From a virus: a DNA stretch of 64,000 nucleotides. Below are positions 23,982 to 33,225 of this stretch, one piece after another; within the stretch, counting starts at the first letter, position 1; each line of letters opens with the position of its first letter. The notes under the pieces were generated by a model. The model was not told the origin of the DNA and made no database searches. It saw only the letters and a list, made by a program, of their open reading frames with translations. A program made the position numbers and the translations under genes. Location: the IMG/VR virus record IMGVR_UViG_3300020578_000040, positions 17,367 through 81,366 of that record; one strand, written 5' to 3'.

Positions 23982-25865
23982 TTACCTTCTCCTTGAAGAA
24001 ACTGTTATTGGGGCCGCTGCGATGATTGCTCCAGCAGCGACAACTACTCGACGTTCCCCTACCGAAATCACAGAGTTGGCAGGGACATAGGTATCGAACT
24101 GACCACCAAAGACGTTGATTTCTTCTTCGAAGGCTTCCTTCACTTCTGCCGGCGCTTCGGATAGGGCGGCCGCGAGAACCTCAGCCTGCTCGTCGGTTAG
24201 TTCGGCGGAGGCGATTTCTGTGATTAGCGCGTCCACCTGCTCGGTGCTTAGTTCGGACAGAACTTCCTCAGAAAAGATGGCGGCGATTGCCTCAACTGAT
24301 GTCGACGAGATGTCGAGTTCCTCGATGAGTTCAGCCAACTGTTCTGGCTCAAGGTCCAGGATTTCTTCAATAATTGCTTCGCTCGACCCTGACTCAAGGG
24401 GCGGTTCTGGGACCGCGGTTGTAGTCGGTTGATTAGTTGTCGGCGGAATCGTCGTCGTCGGCGGAACCGTCGTCGATGTTGTAGTTGTAGTGGGAGGGAG
24501 CGTCGTTACAGGGACAGTCGTTGCGGGGACAGTAGTAGTAGTCGTTGTCGCTGGAACTGTGGATGTTGTTGTAGGAACCCATGTCGTCGTCGTTTCTGGA
24601 ACAGTCGTTTCCGGGATCGTAGTCGTAGTTGTCGTGGTTGTAGTGCTAGTAGTTGTAGTTGTTGTAGTGGGCGGAGTGGGGTCAATCACCACAGTGTCAA
24701 TAGTGGTTTCGGGTCCGTACATACAAGACCCTTCGCCCTCTCCGACACATGGCGCTGTCCCTGCCTGAATCTTGAATCTCACTGGTCCGTATCCAGTTGT
24801 TCCAGGCCACATCCACGGACCGAGACTGTATGAAGTGTTCGTGGCGTATGTCCATATTCCCCAACCACCAGTTTCCGCTTCGTCAACGAGGTCAACAAAC
24901 GAAATGTTGTACATGTATGGAGCAGTGTTGCCTGCTGTTGGGGCATCCCAATTTAGAACAACATTTCCATCGGTGTCCGCTACTGCGGTGAGATTTTGAA
25001 CAGGGTTAAAGTATGGGGCTATCGTTGTGGTTGTAGTGGGGGAAGAAGAATACTGAGTAACAATGGCTAGCCGCTTTCCGATGCCGGGACATGGGTCGCC
25101 AAAGATGTGGTTGAACGCCCCAATTTCGAGGGTTGCCTGTCCAAGGTATTGGCTGAGTTGCTCTTCGCTTAGGGTTGCGTGGCACCCAGGGTTGATGGTG
25201 TATTGCCCGTTCTCCCCGTCTGGAAGGCCGTAGGAAATGAAACTGATTCCGGTGAATGTTGATCCTTCTGGGGCAGTCAAAAGGACTGACTGGTTCTCCC
25301 AGACCTTCTGCCAAACAGAGTTTTCTGGGATTGCTGGTACGGTTGGTTCGCCAATCAGGGAGGCATTCTTGATCGATGGCCCGTAACAGCCGGCCCAAAA
25401 GAGACCATCCTTCCCACTGAAGGTGACAGTCACTAATTCATTTGGTGATGTAGTCGTGATAGAGAGCGTCTGGTTCTGAGGGGGCATTGACGCTGTGGAT
25501 ACTCCAGTGCTTTGCACTTCGTCGCTATCTGCCAGGGTCGCCTGGTATGTCCCGCCCCAGACTCCGGCCACCGTGTAGGAGAGGGTTAGGCTCGATGGCT
25601 CAGGAACTACGATTTGTTGATTGACCGAGCCTTGGACATAACTGAAGAACAGTCCGTTCTGACCATCCCACCCGCCAACAGCGGGCATACCATTCGAGCA
25701 TGAGGCTCCGCCGGTCGGGCCACTCCACCCACCCTGATCAAGAACAAATGATCCGTTCGATAAGTATTGACTGGAGGCGATGACCGACGTGGCCGGTGCA
25801 AAGAAGGCCAGCACTGACACTGGAATAAAGATAAAAGCCCTAGTTAGGCGCAGCAATCCCCTCAC
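23982..25865 (-). CDS. secreted/membrane protein with SUEL-type lectin domain, Fn3-like domain and Thr-rich stalk
   Basis: Signal-like N-terminus; SYG.P.G...CHA...FGDPCPG..KRL; long PTTTTT tract; hydrophobic C-terminus. Confidence 0.75.
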   Translation of the reverse strand: MRGLLRLTRAFIFIPVSVLAFFAPATSVIASSQYLSNGSFVLDQGGWSGPTGGASCSNGMPAVGGWDGQNGLFFSYVQGSVNQQIVVPEPSSLTLSYTVAGVWGGTYQATLADSDEVQSTGVSTASMPPQNQTLSITTTSPNELVTVTFSGKDGLFWAGCYGPSIKNASLIGEPTVPAIPENSVWQKVWENQSVLLTAPEGSTFTGISFISYGLPDGENGQYTINPGCHATLSEEQLSQYLGQATLEIGAFNHIFGDPCPGIGKRLAIVTQYSSSPTTTTTIAPYFNPVQNLTAVADTDGNVVLNWDAPTAGNTAPYMYNISFVDLVDEAETGGWGIWTYATNTSYSLGPWMWPGTTGYGPVRFKIQAGTAPCVGEGEGSCMYGPETTIDTVVIDPTPPTTTTTTTSTTTTTTTTTIPETTVPETTTTWVPTTTSTVPATTTTTTVPATTVPVTTLPPTTTTTSTTVPPTTTIPPTTNQPTTTAVPEPPLESGSSEAIIEEILDLEPEQLAELIEELDISSTSVEAIAAIFSEEVLSELSTEQVDALITEIASAELTDEQAEVLAAALSEAPAEVKEAFEEEINVFGGQFDTYVPANSVISVGERRVVVAAGAIIAAAPITVSSRRR

Positions 25866-25942
25866 CACACACCCCAAGAAAAAGTGTACCACTAATGGGT
25901 ATACTTAAATGGGAGGTAGTTTTTATGGAGGAGTGATGGTTG

Positions 25943-26737
25943 TCAGGCTTCTGCGTAAAGCCCCAACTCCTCAAGCCGAGCAGTAATTTGACTTTCGTAC
26001 TTTGAGGCAATCCCGGCAACTAACACCTGGATAAGGTCATTGCGCTGGCGCTGGGCGGTGCCTGGCCCAATGTGTTGCTTGTACAACAATTGCGGGATGT
26101 GGTGCATGCGGGTCTTGAGAAACGTGCGAACGATCAGTTCGTAATCATCGGCTACGGGATAGGACGGATCATGCCCGTTTAGTTCTCGATACACATCAGC
26201 CCGCCAAGCCCGCACATGATTGGGGGCGGAAACAATGTGCCGGATGGTTGCGTTGTTGATGGCCGGCGCGCTCATCACCCATACGCCATGAGCGTCCGAC
26301 CAATACTCCGAACCATAGCCGAACGCCCAGCCTTCTGGATAAATACCAGATTCCCCGGAGGACAGAATTTCGCACCAGTCTGAATACACAAAGCCGACAT
26401 CGCTATTATCAGAAAACGCAGAACTGATAATAGCGAGGGCGTCTGGTGTCAGTTCATCGTCGTGGTCAAGTTCAACGAGAATGTCGCCTTTAGCAACCAT
26501 AAAACCTTTTCTTTTTACGTCGCCGATTGAGCCTGAGTGAACGTGGGAGCGATGCATCTGGATTTTGTATCTCTCATCAGCGCAAAATCCGTATAGTTGT
26601 CTCCAGGTTTCGTTGTCGGTTGAGTCATCCCAGATAACCCACTCCCAGTCTGTGAATGTTTGTGATTTTAGGGAAGCCCAAGTGCGGGCAAGAATTTCCT
26701 GGGGGGTGTTATGTGTGGGCGTAATGACGGAAATCAT
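25943..26737 (-). CDS. glycosyltransferase family 2
   Basis: ISVITPTHN, EWVIWDDS, ELDHDD, ADDYEL. Confidence 0.9.
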   Translation of the reverse strand: MISVITPTHNTPQEILARTWASLKSQTFTDWEWVIWDDSTDNETWRQLYGFCADERYKIQMHRSHVHSGSIGDVKRKGFMVAKGDILVELDHDDELTPDALAIISSAFSDNSDVGFVYSDWCEILSSGESGIYPEGWAFGYGSEYWSDAHGVWVMSAPAINNATIRHIVSAPNHVRAWRADVYRELNGHDPSYPVADDYELIVRTFLKTRMHHIPQLLYKQHIGPGTAQRQRNDLIQVLVAGIASKYESQITARLEELGLYAEA

Positions 26738-27030
26738 AAGAAGTGTTTCAGGATTGCTGATGTTGCCAGCCCAATCCAAGCAACATTAAAGAGGATAATA
26801 GTCGGGAGTGTTTTGTGGGTCGATGACCAAATAAGCGCAACACTTGAGGCGATGGCAAAAATGTATAGCCACCACCATTGGGTACCGAAAAGTAATCCTG
26901 GGAAAATGATTATTAGTTTTGTTACGAATCCCCACGCCTCAACAATGTTGGGTCGGCTCCAATATTGTTTCTGAGACATTGCCTTGATGGCATCATGTAT
27001 CTTTTTGTAAAATTCGACGATGTGATTCAT
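26734..27030 (-). CDS. membrane protein
   Basis: About three hydrophobic segments. Confidence 0.7.
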   Translation of the reverse strand: MNHIVEFYKKIHDAIKAMSQKQYWSRPNIVEAWGFVTKLIIIFPGLLFGTQWWWLYIFAIASSVALIWSSTHKTLPTIILFNVAWIGLATSAILKHFL

Positions 27031-27668
27031 TCTATCGATAATCCATTTTGTCTCTCATGCTCTCGTCTGGCGCGGACAATTTCATTCAAGTGGGATGGCC
27101 CTTTGGTGAAGTACCAATGTTCTGGTTCAGCAAAATGAAAGAAAATCATCTGCACTTGATTATTCGCCGGGTCGGGAAACTTTTCGCGCCAGTGGTACTG
27201 GTCTTCGCCGTAATAACACACTGCTTGGTTTTGCTCAAGGTGCATCTCCTGCCCCTCAACATAGATGGGCCATTGAGTTTTATGGGAAAGACATAAATCA
27301 ATCGTGTAGGTACAGGCGTTATCGTCCACATGGCGCGGAAGTCGGGCCTTGAATCCGCGATAGATAACCCACATACAGTAGGTGGGTTTTAATGTTGGGG
27401 TAAAAATGGCTCGGGCTTTATCTAATAGCACCTCATGATATCGCTCCAATGCTTTCTTTTGGTCTGCCGCATCTAAATGGAATCTGCCCAAGAACGGCTC
27501 ATAGGGAATAATCCGAGTTTCGTTGATTAGGGACAGTTCATTATTTAATTGGGTGAATATATGCGGCTCAAAAACTTCATCAATGATGAATGCCGGAGGC
27601 CTTGTAAGCAAAGTTCGATTGGTCAATGGGTCATAGTAGGTGCTCATTGGCCAAGGGCTTTCCGTCAT
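27027..27668 (-). CDS. 2OG-Fe(II) oxygenase-like protein
   Basis: HVD...C.YT...WPIYV...HWR; start may be 27647. Confidence 0.75.
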   Translation of the reverse strand: MTESPWPMSTYYDPLTNRTLLTRPPAFIIDEVFEPHIFTQLNNELSLINETRIIPYEPFLGRFHLDAADQKKALERYHEVLLDKARAIFTPTLKPTYCMWVIYRGFKARLPRHVDDNACTYTIDLCLSHKTQWPIYVEGQEMHLEQNQAVCYYGEDQYHWREKFPDPANNQVQMIFFHFAEPEHWYFTKGPSHLNEIVRARREHERQNGLSIE

Positions 27669-28314
27669 CAGGTGCGTCCGTGGGGTGACTGTTGCTTTGT
27701 TGTATTATGAATGTACTGACAATCCATTTGTCACTTGAAATAGGCATACAGCCCTGATGTGGGTGCGTCCAGTACGCAGGGAACAGTGCTATTGAACCTA
27801 CTCGTGCAGGCACAAAAACATCCTGATGACGAAAATATGTTTCTCCGCCGACATCAACTGTATTCAGGTAAACAACAGCACCAAGAACACGCTCCGGAAC
27901 AGTCGCGGGGAGCGGCCCTCCATCAATGTGCTCACGGTAGTACCCACCGCCCTTTATGTATCTTTGCACCCTGAAGCCAGTATCAGACATTCCTGGCCAA
28001 TCCCAGAGCCATGTAAATTGTTCTTGGTAGTAACCAACACAAGAAAATAGTACTTGAGTAACTTCATTCTCATAAGATGAAAGTGGTTCTGGCGGAACGC
28101 CGCTGTTTATCAAATTAGGGGATGACCAACTCATGTCCATGCTGTTTTTAACGTATGGCATTAAGCCGCCCATGACCGGCCCTGGAGAAAATAATTTTTC
28201 GTAATATGTTGATAATTCCCGAATCACCGAGGAACATAATTCTTCGCTCAAAGCATTTTCGGCAACCATAATGGCCGAGGACTTTCCCGCAGGCCATGAA
28301 AATTTGATAGTCAT
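27631..28314 (-). CDS. 2OG-Fe(II) oxygenase (prolyl-4-hydroxylase-like)
   Basis: HID...YLN...GGET.F...FP...HPH...KW. Confidence 0.85.
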   Translation of the reverse strand: MTIKFSWPAGKSSAIMVAENALSEELCSSVIRELSTYYEKLFSPGPVMGGLMPYVKNSMDMSWSSPNLINSGVPPEPLSSYENEVTQVLFSCVGYYQEQFTWLWDWPGMSDTGFRVQRYIKGGGYYREHIDGGPLPATVPERVLGAVVYLNTVDVGGETYFRHQDVFVPARVGSIALFPAYWTHPHQGCMPISSDKWIVSTFIIQQSNSHPTDAPDDGKPLANEHLL

Positions 28315-28329
28315 AGATAGTATCTCGTT

Positions 28330-28569
28330 TCAGGCGTACGACAGAAATTTTTCGTAGACATTAAGGATGTCTCGCAAGTGAAGTTGAGCGCTGTCACTGT
28401 AGGCGGCGTTCGAAAAATTAGGTTGCCAGGTGAAGGAGCCATCTACCAACTCTAGGTCGTCCGGGTCCACTCCCGCAAGTAGCGCAGCAGTAAATAATTC
28501 TGTTTCCAACCGGCGACGCGCAATTTCTCGTGCAGTAGTTTTTTGACTTTCCGTAATGATGAATTCCAT
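28330..28569 (-). CDS. small hypothetical protein (paralog family)
   Basis: ELF...AGVDPD motif. Confidence 0.7.
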   Translation of the reverse strand: MEFIITESQKTTAREIARRRLETELFTAALLAGVDPDDLELVDGSFTWQPNFSNAAYSDSAQLHLRDILNVYEKFLSYA

Positions 28570-28581
28570 ATCAAACCCCTA

Positions 28582-29394
28582 TCAATCTCGTCTCATGATT
28601 TTAAACAAAGATGTTTTTTCTGGTTTGGCTAATTCAGAGTCTACATCTCTTTGCAATTTTTTGTATTTACTTTTCTGGTTGAGCGGCATGAATGCCCCGC
28701 CGAACCCTCTGTGCTTGAGGAGGTCGTAAGACCTTGAATTGCCCCACAGGATTTCCGATTCCTTGCTTCTCTTAAATGGAATAACGTGCCACATGGGGCG
28801 CCCTATTTCAAGTTCGAAAGGCTCGTCCCCCAGCACACTAATGACCATATGGGCGGAGTGATAGTAGTCTGTATTGACCACCGCCGGAAGCATTGTGTAA
28901 TTTGGATCGGGGTCCCAGAGCGGGGGCAGAAACAGGGATGACCAACCCGGTGGAGTTTTTATTTTCCAGGGATTGATGACCTTGATGTAGTTTGATTGTT
29001 GAAGTTTACGTGCCCTGGAAACAGGGCATTCTCCTGTTTGCGAATATGAGAAACCCTCAATCAAAAATTGTTGACAGTCGCGCGTCAGGTCAAACTGTGC
29101 TTCCCAATTCCTGCCGTTCAATGACGGACGAATCATCAATTTGGCCCACAGTGGAATGGTAAAGCCTGTTGCAAGATAATCAGACGTGCCGGAGCACCGC
29201 TTGATGCTTCCCTCGGCGCCGCTGAGTTCCTTCCACCACTGAGGCCAATTTCCTGTATTGACGTATGGGCGACATGAGTCGTCCATTAAATTAGGGTCAG
29301 GACAAGACAGCAACACTTGATTCTTTTTTAATTTAGGCAAATCATCAAAAACTTCTGGATTAACTATTTGCAGTTGCTTTGAGCGCCTGGGCAT
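28582..29394 (-). CDS. conserved phage hypothetical protein (DUF6065-like)
   Basis: P.WWK...KRC...DYL..GF.IPLW...NPW.IKTPPGWSSLF...VVNTD. Confidence 0.7.
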   Translation of the reverse strand: MPRRSKQLQIVNPEVFDDLPKLKKNQVLLSCPDPNLMDDSCRPYVNTGNWPQWWKELSGAEGSIKRCSGTSDYLATGFTIPLWAKLMIRPSLNGRNWEAQFDLTRDCQQFLIEGFSYSQTGECPVSRARKLQQSNYIKVINPWKIKTPPGWSSLFLPPLWDPDPNYTMLPAVVNTDYYHSAHMVISVLGDEPFELEIGRPMWHVIPFKRSKESEILWGNSRSYDLLKHRGFGGAFMPLNQKSKYKKLQRDVDSELAKPEKTSLFKIMRRD

Positions 29395-30835
29395 GGTCCA
29401 CCAATTTCTGTTGAATGAGTTCCAATGATATTTGTGAAATATTCTTTCTAGAGGACTGACGAGAATTGTATGCGTCTAGTTGTATTGATGCAATCTCCTT
29501 GTTGAGCACCCCCTGGCCCTGGGCCACATGCCACAAATGTGCTGCACCAAATAATTCAAATCCCGTTGAGGGTATGTCGTGATGCTCAGGGCACCTGGTG
29601 TTCCACAATTCAAGAAGGTGCGCCAACAACTCCGGTTTTTCTGCCTTTTGCTGTTCCGCCCACATCGGTGTGTCGTCTCTGTCTGAAATATAGTGGAGTG
29701 AAATCATGCATAGAATATTTTCCATAATAGAATCCATGACACGGTGATATTCCTTGACTCCGTATGTTTTCTCACGCGAGAATGTTGGAAGGTATGAGCA
29801 AATAAGCCTGGCCTGTTGAATCGTAGTAGAAATTGATGTTGCCTCAAGCGGTTCAACAAATCCTGCAGCCAATCCAACTGCGACACAATTGTTTTTCCAA
29901 GTTGTTTTGAAGTACCCCGATTTGAAAGAAAGCGTTTTCGCTGGCTCTATTTCAAACCCGTGAGTGTCTGAAGCCTCTTTAACCGCCTCATCGACCGAGC
30001 AGAAATCTGATGAAAAAACATAACCATTACCGCGGCGTTTCTGGGTTGGAATTTCCCACATCCAACCATTTTTTAATGCCCTAGCGCGTGTATATGGGCG
30101 TATCTGACCCGACGGGCACGATGGCGTTGGGAACGCGACTGCGCTATCACATGGGAGATACTTGCGATATGAAACAAAATTATTTTCCGAAATTGTGCTC
30201 AATATTTCACGACTGAACCCTGTTGCGTCGATAAAAAAGTCACCCTCAATTACACCCGGGTGCGAATCAATTTGTATGTGCTGAATAAACCCATGCTCAT
30301 CTGCTCTGACATCTGTTACATTCGCATCAATAAAATAAATCTGCCTCTGTTTTGCAATCTGCGTCAGAAACAAGTTCAGTTTAAATGTATCGAAATGATA
30401 TTGATTTGTTCCGAGATGCGTCTTGTCTCCGGCATCAATAATTTTGTTATCTATCAAACCGCGCCACGAGAATACGCTCGTTAGGGGCCAGCCATTCTCT
30501 AGCGCATGGGCGTAGCCGCCCCAGAAAGTCCCCGCACTTAAGCCCGTCCCACCCACGCTATGGAAATAGTCTGGCGTATGATTCGTCCAATTTTCGTATC
30601 TGATGCCGTACTTGTGCGTAATGTCGGCATTTCTTATCATGTCATGAACATCGATGCCGATGATTTCTTGAAAAAGACGCCAATGCTCTGTGGAGCCCTC
30701 GCCCACGCCCACGATGCCTATCGCGCTAGAGGAAACAACAACAACCTTATAGTCTGTAAAAAGAGTTTTTATTATAAGTGCGGTTACTAATCCTGCGGTC
30801 CCCGAACCAGCGACCACTATTGTCTTGTTTTTCAT
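29360..30835 (-). CDS. flavin-dependent tryptophan halogenase family (PrnA-like)
   Basis: GSGTAG, GVGEGS, catalytic K (HKYGI), WMWEIP, FVEPLEATS. Confidence 0.9.
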   Translation of the reverse strand: MKNKTIVVAGSGTAGLVTALIIKTLFTDYKVVVVSSSAIGIVGVGEGSTEHWRLFQEIIGIDVHDMIRNADITHKYGIRYENWTNHTPDYFHSVGGTGLSAGTFWGGYAHALENGWPLTSVFSWRGLIDNKIIDAGDKTHLGTNQYHFDTFKLNLFLTQIAKQRQIYFIDANVTDVRADEHGFIQHIQIDSHPGVIEGDFFIDATGFSREILSTISENNFVSYRKYLPCDSAVAFPTPSCPSGQIRPYTRARALKNGWMWEIPTQKRRGNGYVFSSDFCSVDEAVKEASDTHGFEIEPAKTLSFKSGYFKTTWKNNCVAVGLAAGFVEPLEATSISTTIQQARLICSYLPTFSREKTYGVKEYHRVMDSIMENILCMISLHYISDRDDTPMWAEQQKAEKPELLAHLLELWNTRCPEHHDIPSTGFELFGAAHLWHVAQGQGVLNKEIASIQLDAYNSRQSSRKNISQISLELIQQKLVDHAQALKATANS

Positions 30836-31524
30836 TTTTTGACCACAAATGTGAAGCCTGTTGCTAGGGGAACATGAAATAGATACTTGTCGTCGTCCTC
30901 GGTCAGGCGCGACAGATACTGGAAATAGGGGTGCCTCTCCTTCAGCGCATACAGTGCCCCAAAATCATTGACGGTATTGAGAATCATAAGTGAGTTCTGC
31001 GCAAGTTTTTCCCAGGCACTGTCAATAATTGAGAAATCATGGCTCATCATCTCGGTGTCAACAAAAAACACATCATAGTCAGTATCAATCACCCCACTCG
31101 CAAAATCTTGCATAGAGATGATGTGATCGTCCGGAATTTGCGCACCTATATATTGCTCCAAATAATCAATACTTGTTGTATTGACATAGTCTACGCGGGG
31201 AACAATTTCATTGAGCGTTGCAGCAAGAACATAATTCATGCCACAGAATAATAATTTAGAAGGATTTTTAATCCTTACGATTATTTCCACAATGGAGCGA
31301 CTCAAAATTTCTATATCCATTGTTGAGCCCGTGAGATTACCTGGGTCAAGCCAATTTAGTTGGACGGAAAATCCAATAGCAGAACGACTTCTGTCCACGC
31401 CTGTTTCAACTTCTGACTGCAGAAACTGCGCATTTTTTGCGACAACAAGTGCCTTGTCTATTTCTGAGGAAGCCGTATGAGATAGCAGGTTTGCAAATTG
31501 GAAAACACCATAATTATCACTCAT
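30832..31524 (-). CDS. putative methyltransferase-fold protein
   Basis: KNPSKLL...YDVFFVD...WEKL..NSLMIL pattern; SAM motif degenerate. Confidence 0.5.
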   Translation of the reverse strand: MSDNYGVFQFANLLSHTASSEIDKALVVAKNAQFLQSEVETGVDRSRSAIGFSVQLNWLDPGNLTGSTMDIEILSRSIVEIIVRIKNPSKLLFCGMNYVLAATLNEIVPRVDYVNTTSIDYLEQYIGAQIPDDHIISMQDFASGVIDTDYDVFFVDTEMMSHDFSIIDSAWEKLAQNSLMILNTVNDFGALYALKERHPYFQYLSRLTEDDDKYLFHVPLATGFTFVVKK

Positions 31525-31786
31525 TTTCTATTCTCCATTTGAGAACATGAAACAGGTACCAAAAGCGCCTCAATGACATTTGATTTCTGCGCAATTCGGC
31601 GTGCCGTTCGATTGCTATGGGTGAATTTTGGTCATGACCGGCCGCCCCATATACATTGCTACAGGCTTCCTGTAGGTCGTTTAGGGTAACATCAGCAATG
31701 TCTTCAAGGTCAAAACCGAGTGTTGCAAAAACTATTGCTAGTTGCTCCTGGGCATAATTGAAATCGTCTTGCAAGTTATAGCCCAT
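31517..31786 (-). CDS. small hypothetical protein (paralog family)
   Basis: QL...LGFDLED motif. Confidence 0.7.
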   Translation of the reverse strand: MGYNLQDDFNYAQEQLAIVFATLGFDLEDIADVTLNDLQEACSNVYGAAGHDQNSPIAIERHAELRRNQMSLRRFWYLFHVLKWRIENE

Positions 31787-31937
31787 TGTTCTCGTCCTCA
31801 ATTACAAAAACTATAGGTTGGTCAAGCATTGCGCAGGAAATAATGATTTCATCAGGTGTTTTGTAGCGACTCGTAATCGGGTCAAAATCAAAATCACCAA
31901 ATTGCTCAGCGTTTGGGTCCCTGGGTTCTGGTGTCAT
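31776..31937 (-). CDS. hypothetical protein (53 aa, not in ORF track)
   Basis: MTPEPRDPNAEQF...EDENNGL*; fills the gap, overlaps both neighbours. Confidence 0.6.
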   Translation of the reverse strand: MTPEPRDPNAEQFGDFDFDPITSRYKTPDEIIISCAMLDQPIVFVIEDENNGL

Positions 31938-32524
31938 CGGAACCACGTCACCAGAGAATATTTTACGGTTTCATCTTTTTCGCCTACGGGCTCAGCGATG
32001 TGTAGATACGGATAATTTGATGGGAACATAATTACACTCCCTGCTCGTGGCTCAATATTTACATTAAAGCGGGGGAATACTAGATTGCCTCCAGTGAAAT
32101 TGTCGTTCAGAAAAGCAACCAGACTCAAACTTCGTGCGTTGCTTCTGAAGTGGTCATGGTGGGCGTGATACTCGGCGCCGCCGCCATACTTGAGCACGCG
32201 ATACCCTTCGTCTGCTTCTAGGCTCAACTCAAAGATATTTCTGTAGTCCCATACAATCGGGTCAATTTTTTCCCAGATTTTCCGCCACTCGGAAACAAGA
32301 GGAATCATTCGTTCGACGCGGACCTCATCAGAGCCCAGGGGTGCTAATTCGCAGCCCAATGATGTTCTCATGTTGGAAATCTGCCCTTCACCAGTGGCGG
32401 ACTTTTCCCATCGCACATATCCCCAAGTCTGGGAGCACTCTTCTTCAAGGAGTTTAATGAAATTATCAGCGTCAAAAATATTGTCATACTGGCAAATTGC
32501 GACGGCGTGCTCTTTAAATTTCAT
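31934..32524 (-). CDS. 2OG-Fe(II) oxygenase (prolyl-4-hydroxylase-like)
   Basis: HHD...FLND.F.GG.L.F...FPS...LH...KYS. Confidence 0.85.
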   Translation of the reverse strand: MKFKEHAVAICQYDNIFDADNFIKLLEEECSQTWGYVRWEKSATGEGQISNMRTSLGCELAPLGSDEVRVERMIPLVSEWRKIWEKIDPIVWDYRNIFELSLEADEGYRVLKYGGGAEYHAHHDHFRSNARSLSLVAFLNDNFTGGNLVFPRFNVNIEPRAGSVIMFPSNYPYLHIAEPVGEKDETVKYSLVTWFR

Positions 32525-32525
32525 G

Positions 32526-32774
32526 TCACTCAGCGATTCTCGCGCGAATTTGTTCAAGTTTTTCCAATGCCTCTAGAATATTGACGAACTGTTCACGCAA
32601 ACCCAAGTTTTCCTCGGAGATGTCCGTCAGTGGATTAAGGGTCTCCATATCAACTGAATCTGGGTCCAATCCGGCGATGATAAGGCATGTAAACAACTGC
32701 TCCTTAAGACCCCCTACCCGTAGGTCAATTGCTGCCAACTTACGCTCTTGACTCAGTGTGTCAAAAAATCCCAT
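32526..32774 (-). CDS. small hypothetical protein (paralog family)
   Basis: QLF...AGLDPD motif. Confidence 0.7.
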   Translation of the reverse strand: MGFFDTLSQERKLAAIDLRVGGLKEQLFTCLIIAGLDPDSVDMETLNPLTDISEENLGLREQFVNILEALEKLEQIRARIAE

Positions 32775-32778
32775 TGTT

Positions 32779-33225
32779 TTATCTCCTTGGTTCGTCCTGT
32801 ACTGTAACTACATTCTTGCACATCTCAGCACCGTTCCGCGTACTTATAACGACATAGTTGCCGGGTTTGGGAAATCTGTGTTTCACAACAATCCGATGCT
32901 CTTCTATAATGTCCGGCACCATCTCACCCACGACCCGCTCAATGTCGTCATCATCATCTATTTCCATAAGAATCAATTTTATTTCTTTACACGATTCAAA
33001 ATCATCTACCATAGTAAAAACAAACAATTGATTTACGCCAATCGGGGAGTTACACTCAACATATTTTTCGACGGGGATAGAAAGCAAGGTCACCCGAGAA
33101 TCATCAAAATCTAAAGTTTTTGTTCTGGGGGAATGCCCATTTAGTATTGGCAAAACCCATAGACGAGCAAGTTTTGACGCCTCTTCAGCCATTGAATCGT
33201 CTGGACAAAAAATGACTCGGTCCAT
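32779..33225 (-). CDS. hypothetical protein
   Basis: 148 aa; coupled to the His-rich gene. Confidence 0.7.
   Translation of the reverse strand: MDRVIFCPDDSMAEEASKLARLWVLPILNGHSPRTKTLDFDDSRVTLLSIPVEKYVECNSPIGVNQLFVFTMVDDFESCKEIKLILMEIDDDDDIERVVGEMVPDIIEEHRIVVKHRFPKPGNYVVISTRNGAEMCKNVVTVQDEPRR

Noticed and set aside
25893-25942. SD-like GGAGG pair on + (anti-SD on -) in an intergenic gap
   Set aside because: No hairpin presentation and no convincing downstream + ORF; too weak to call
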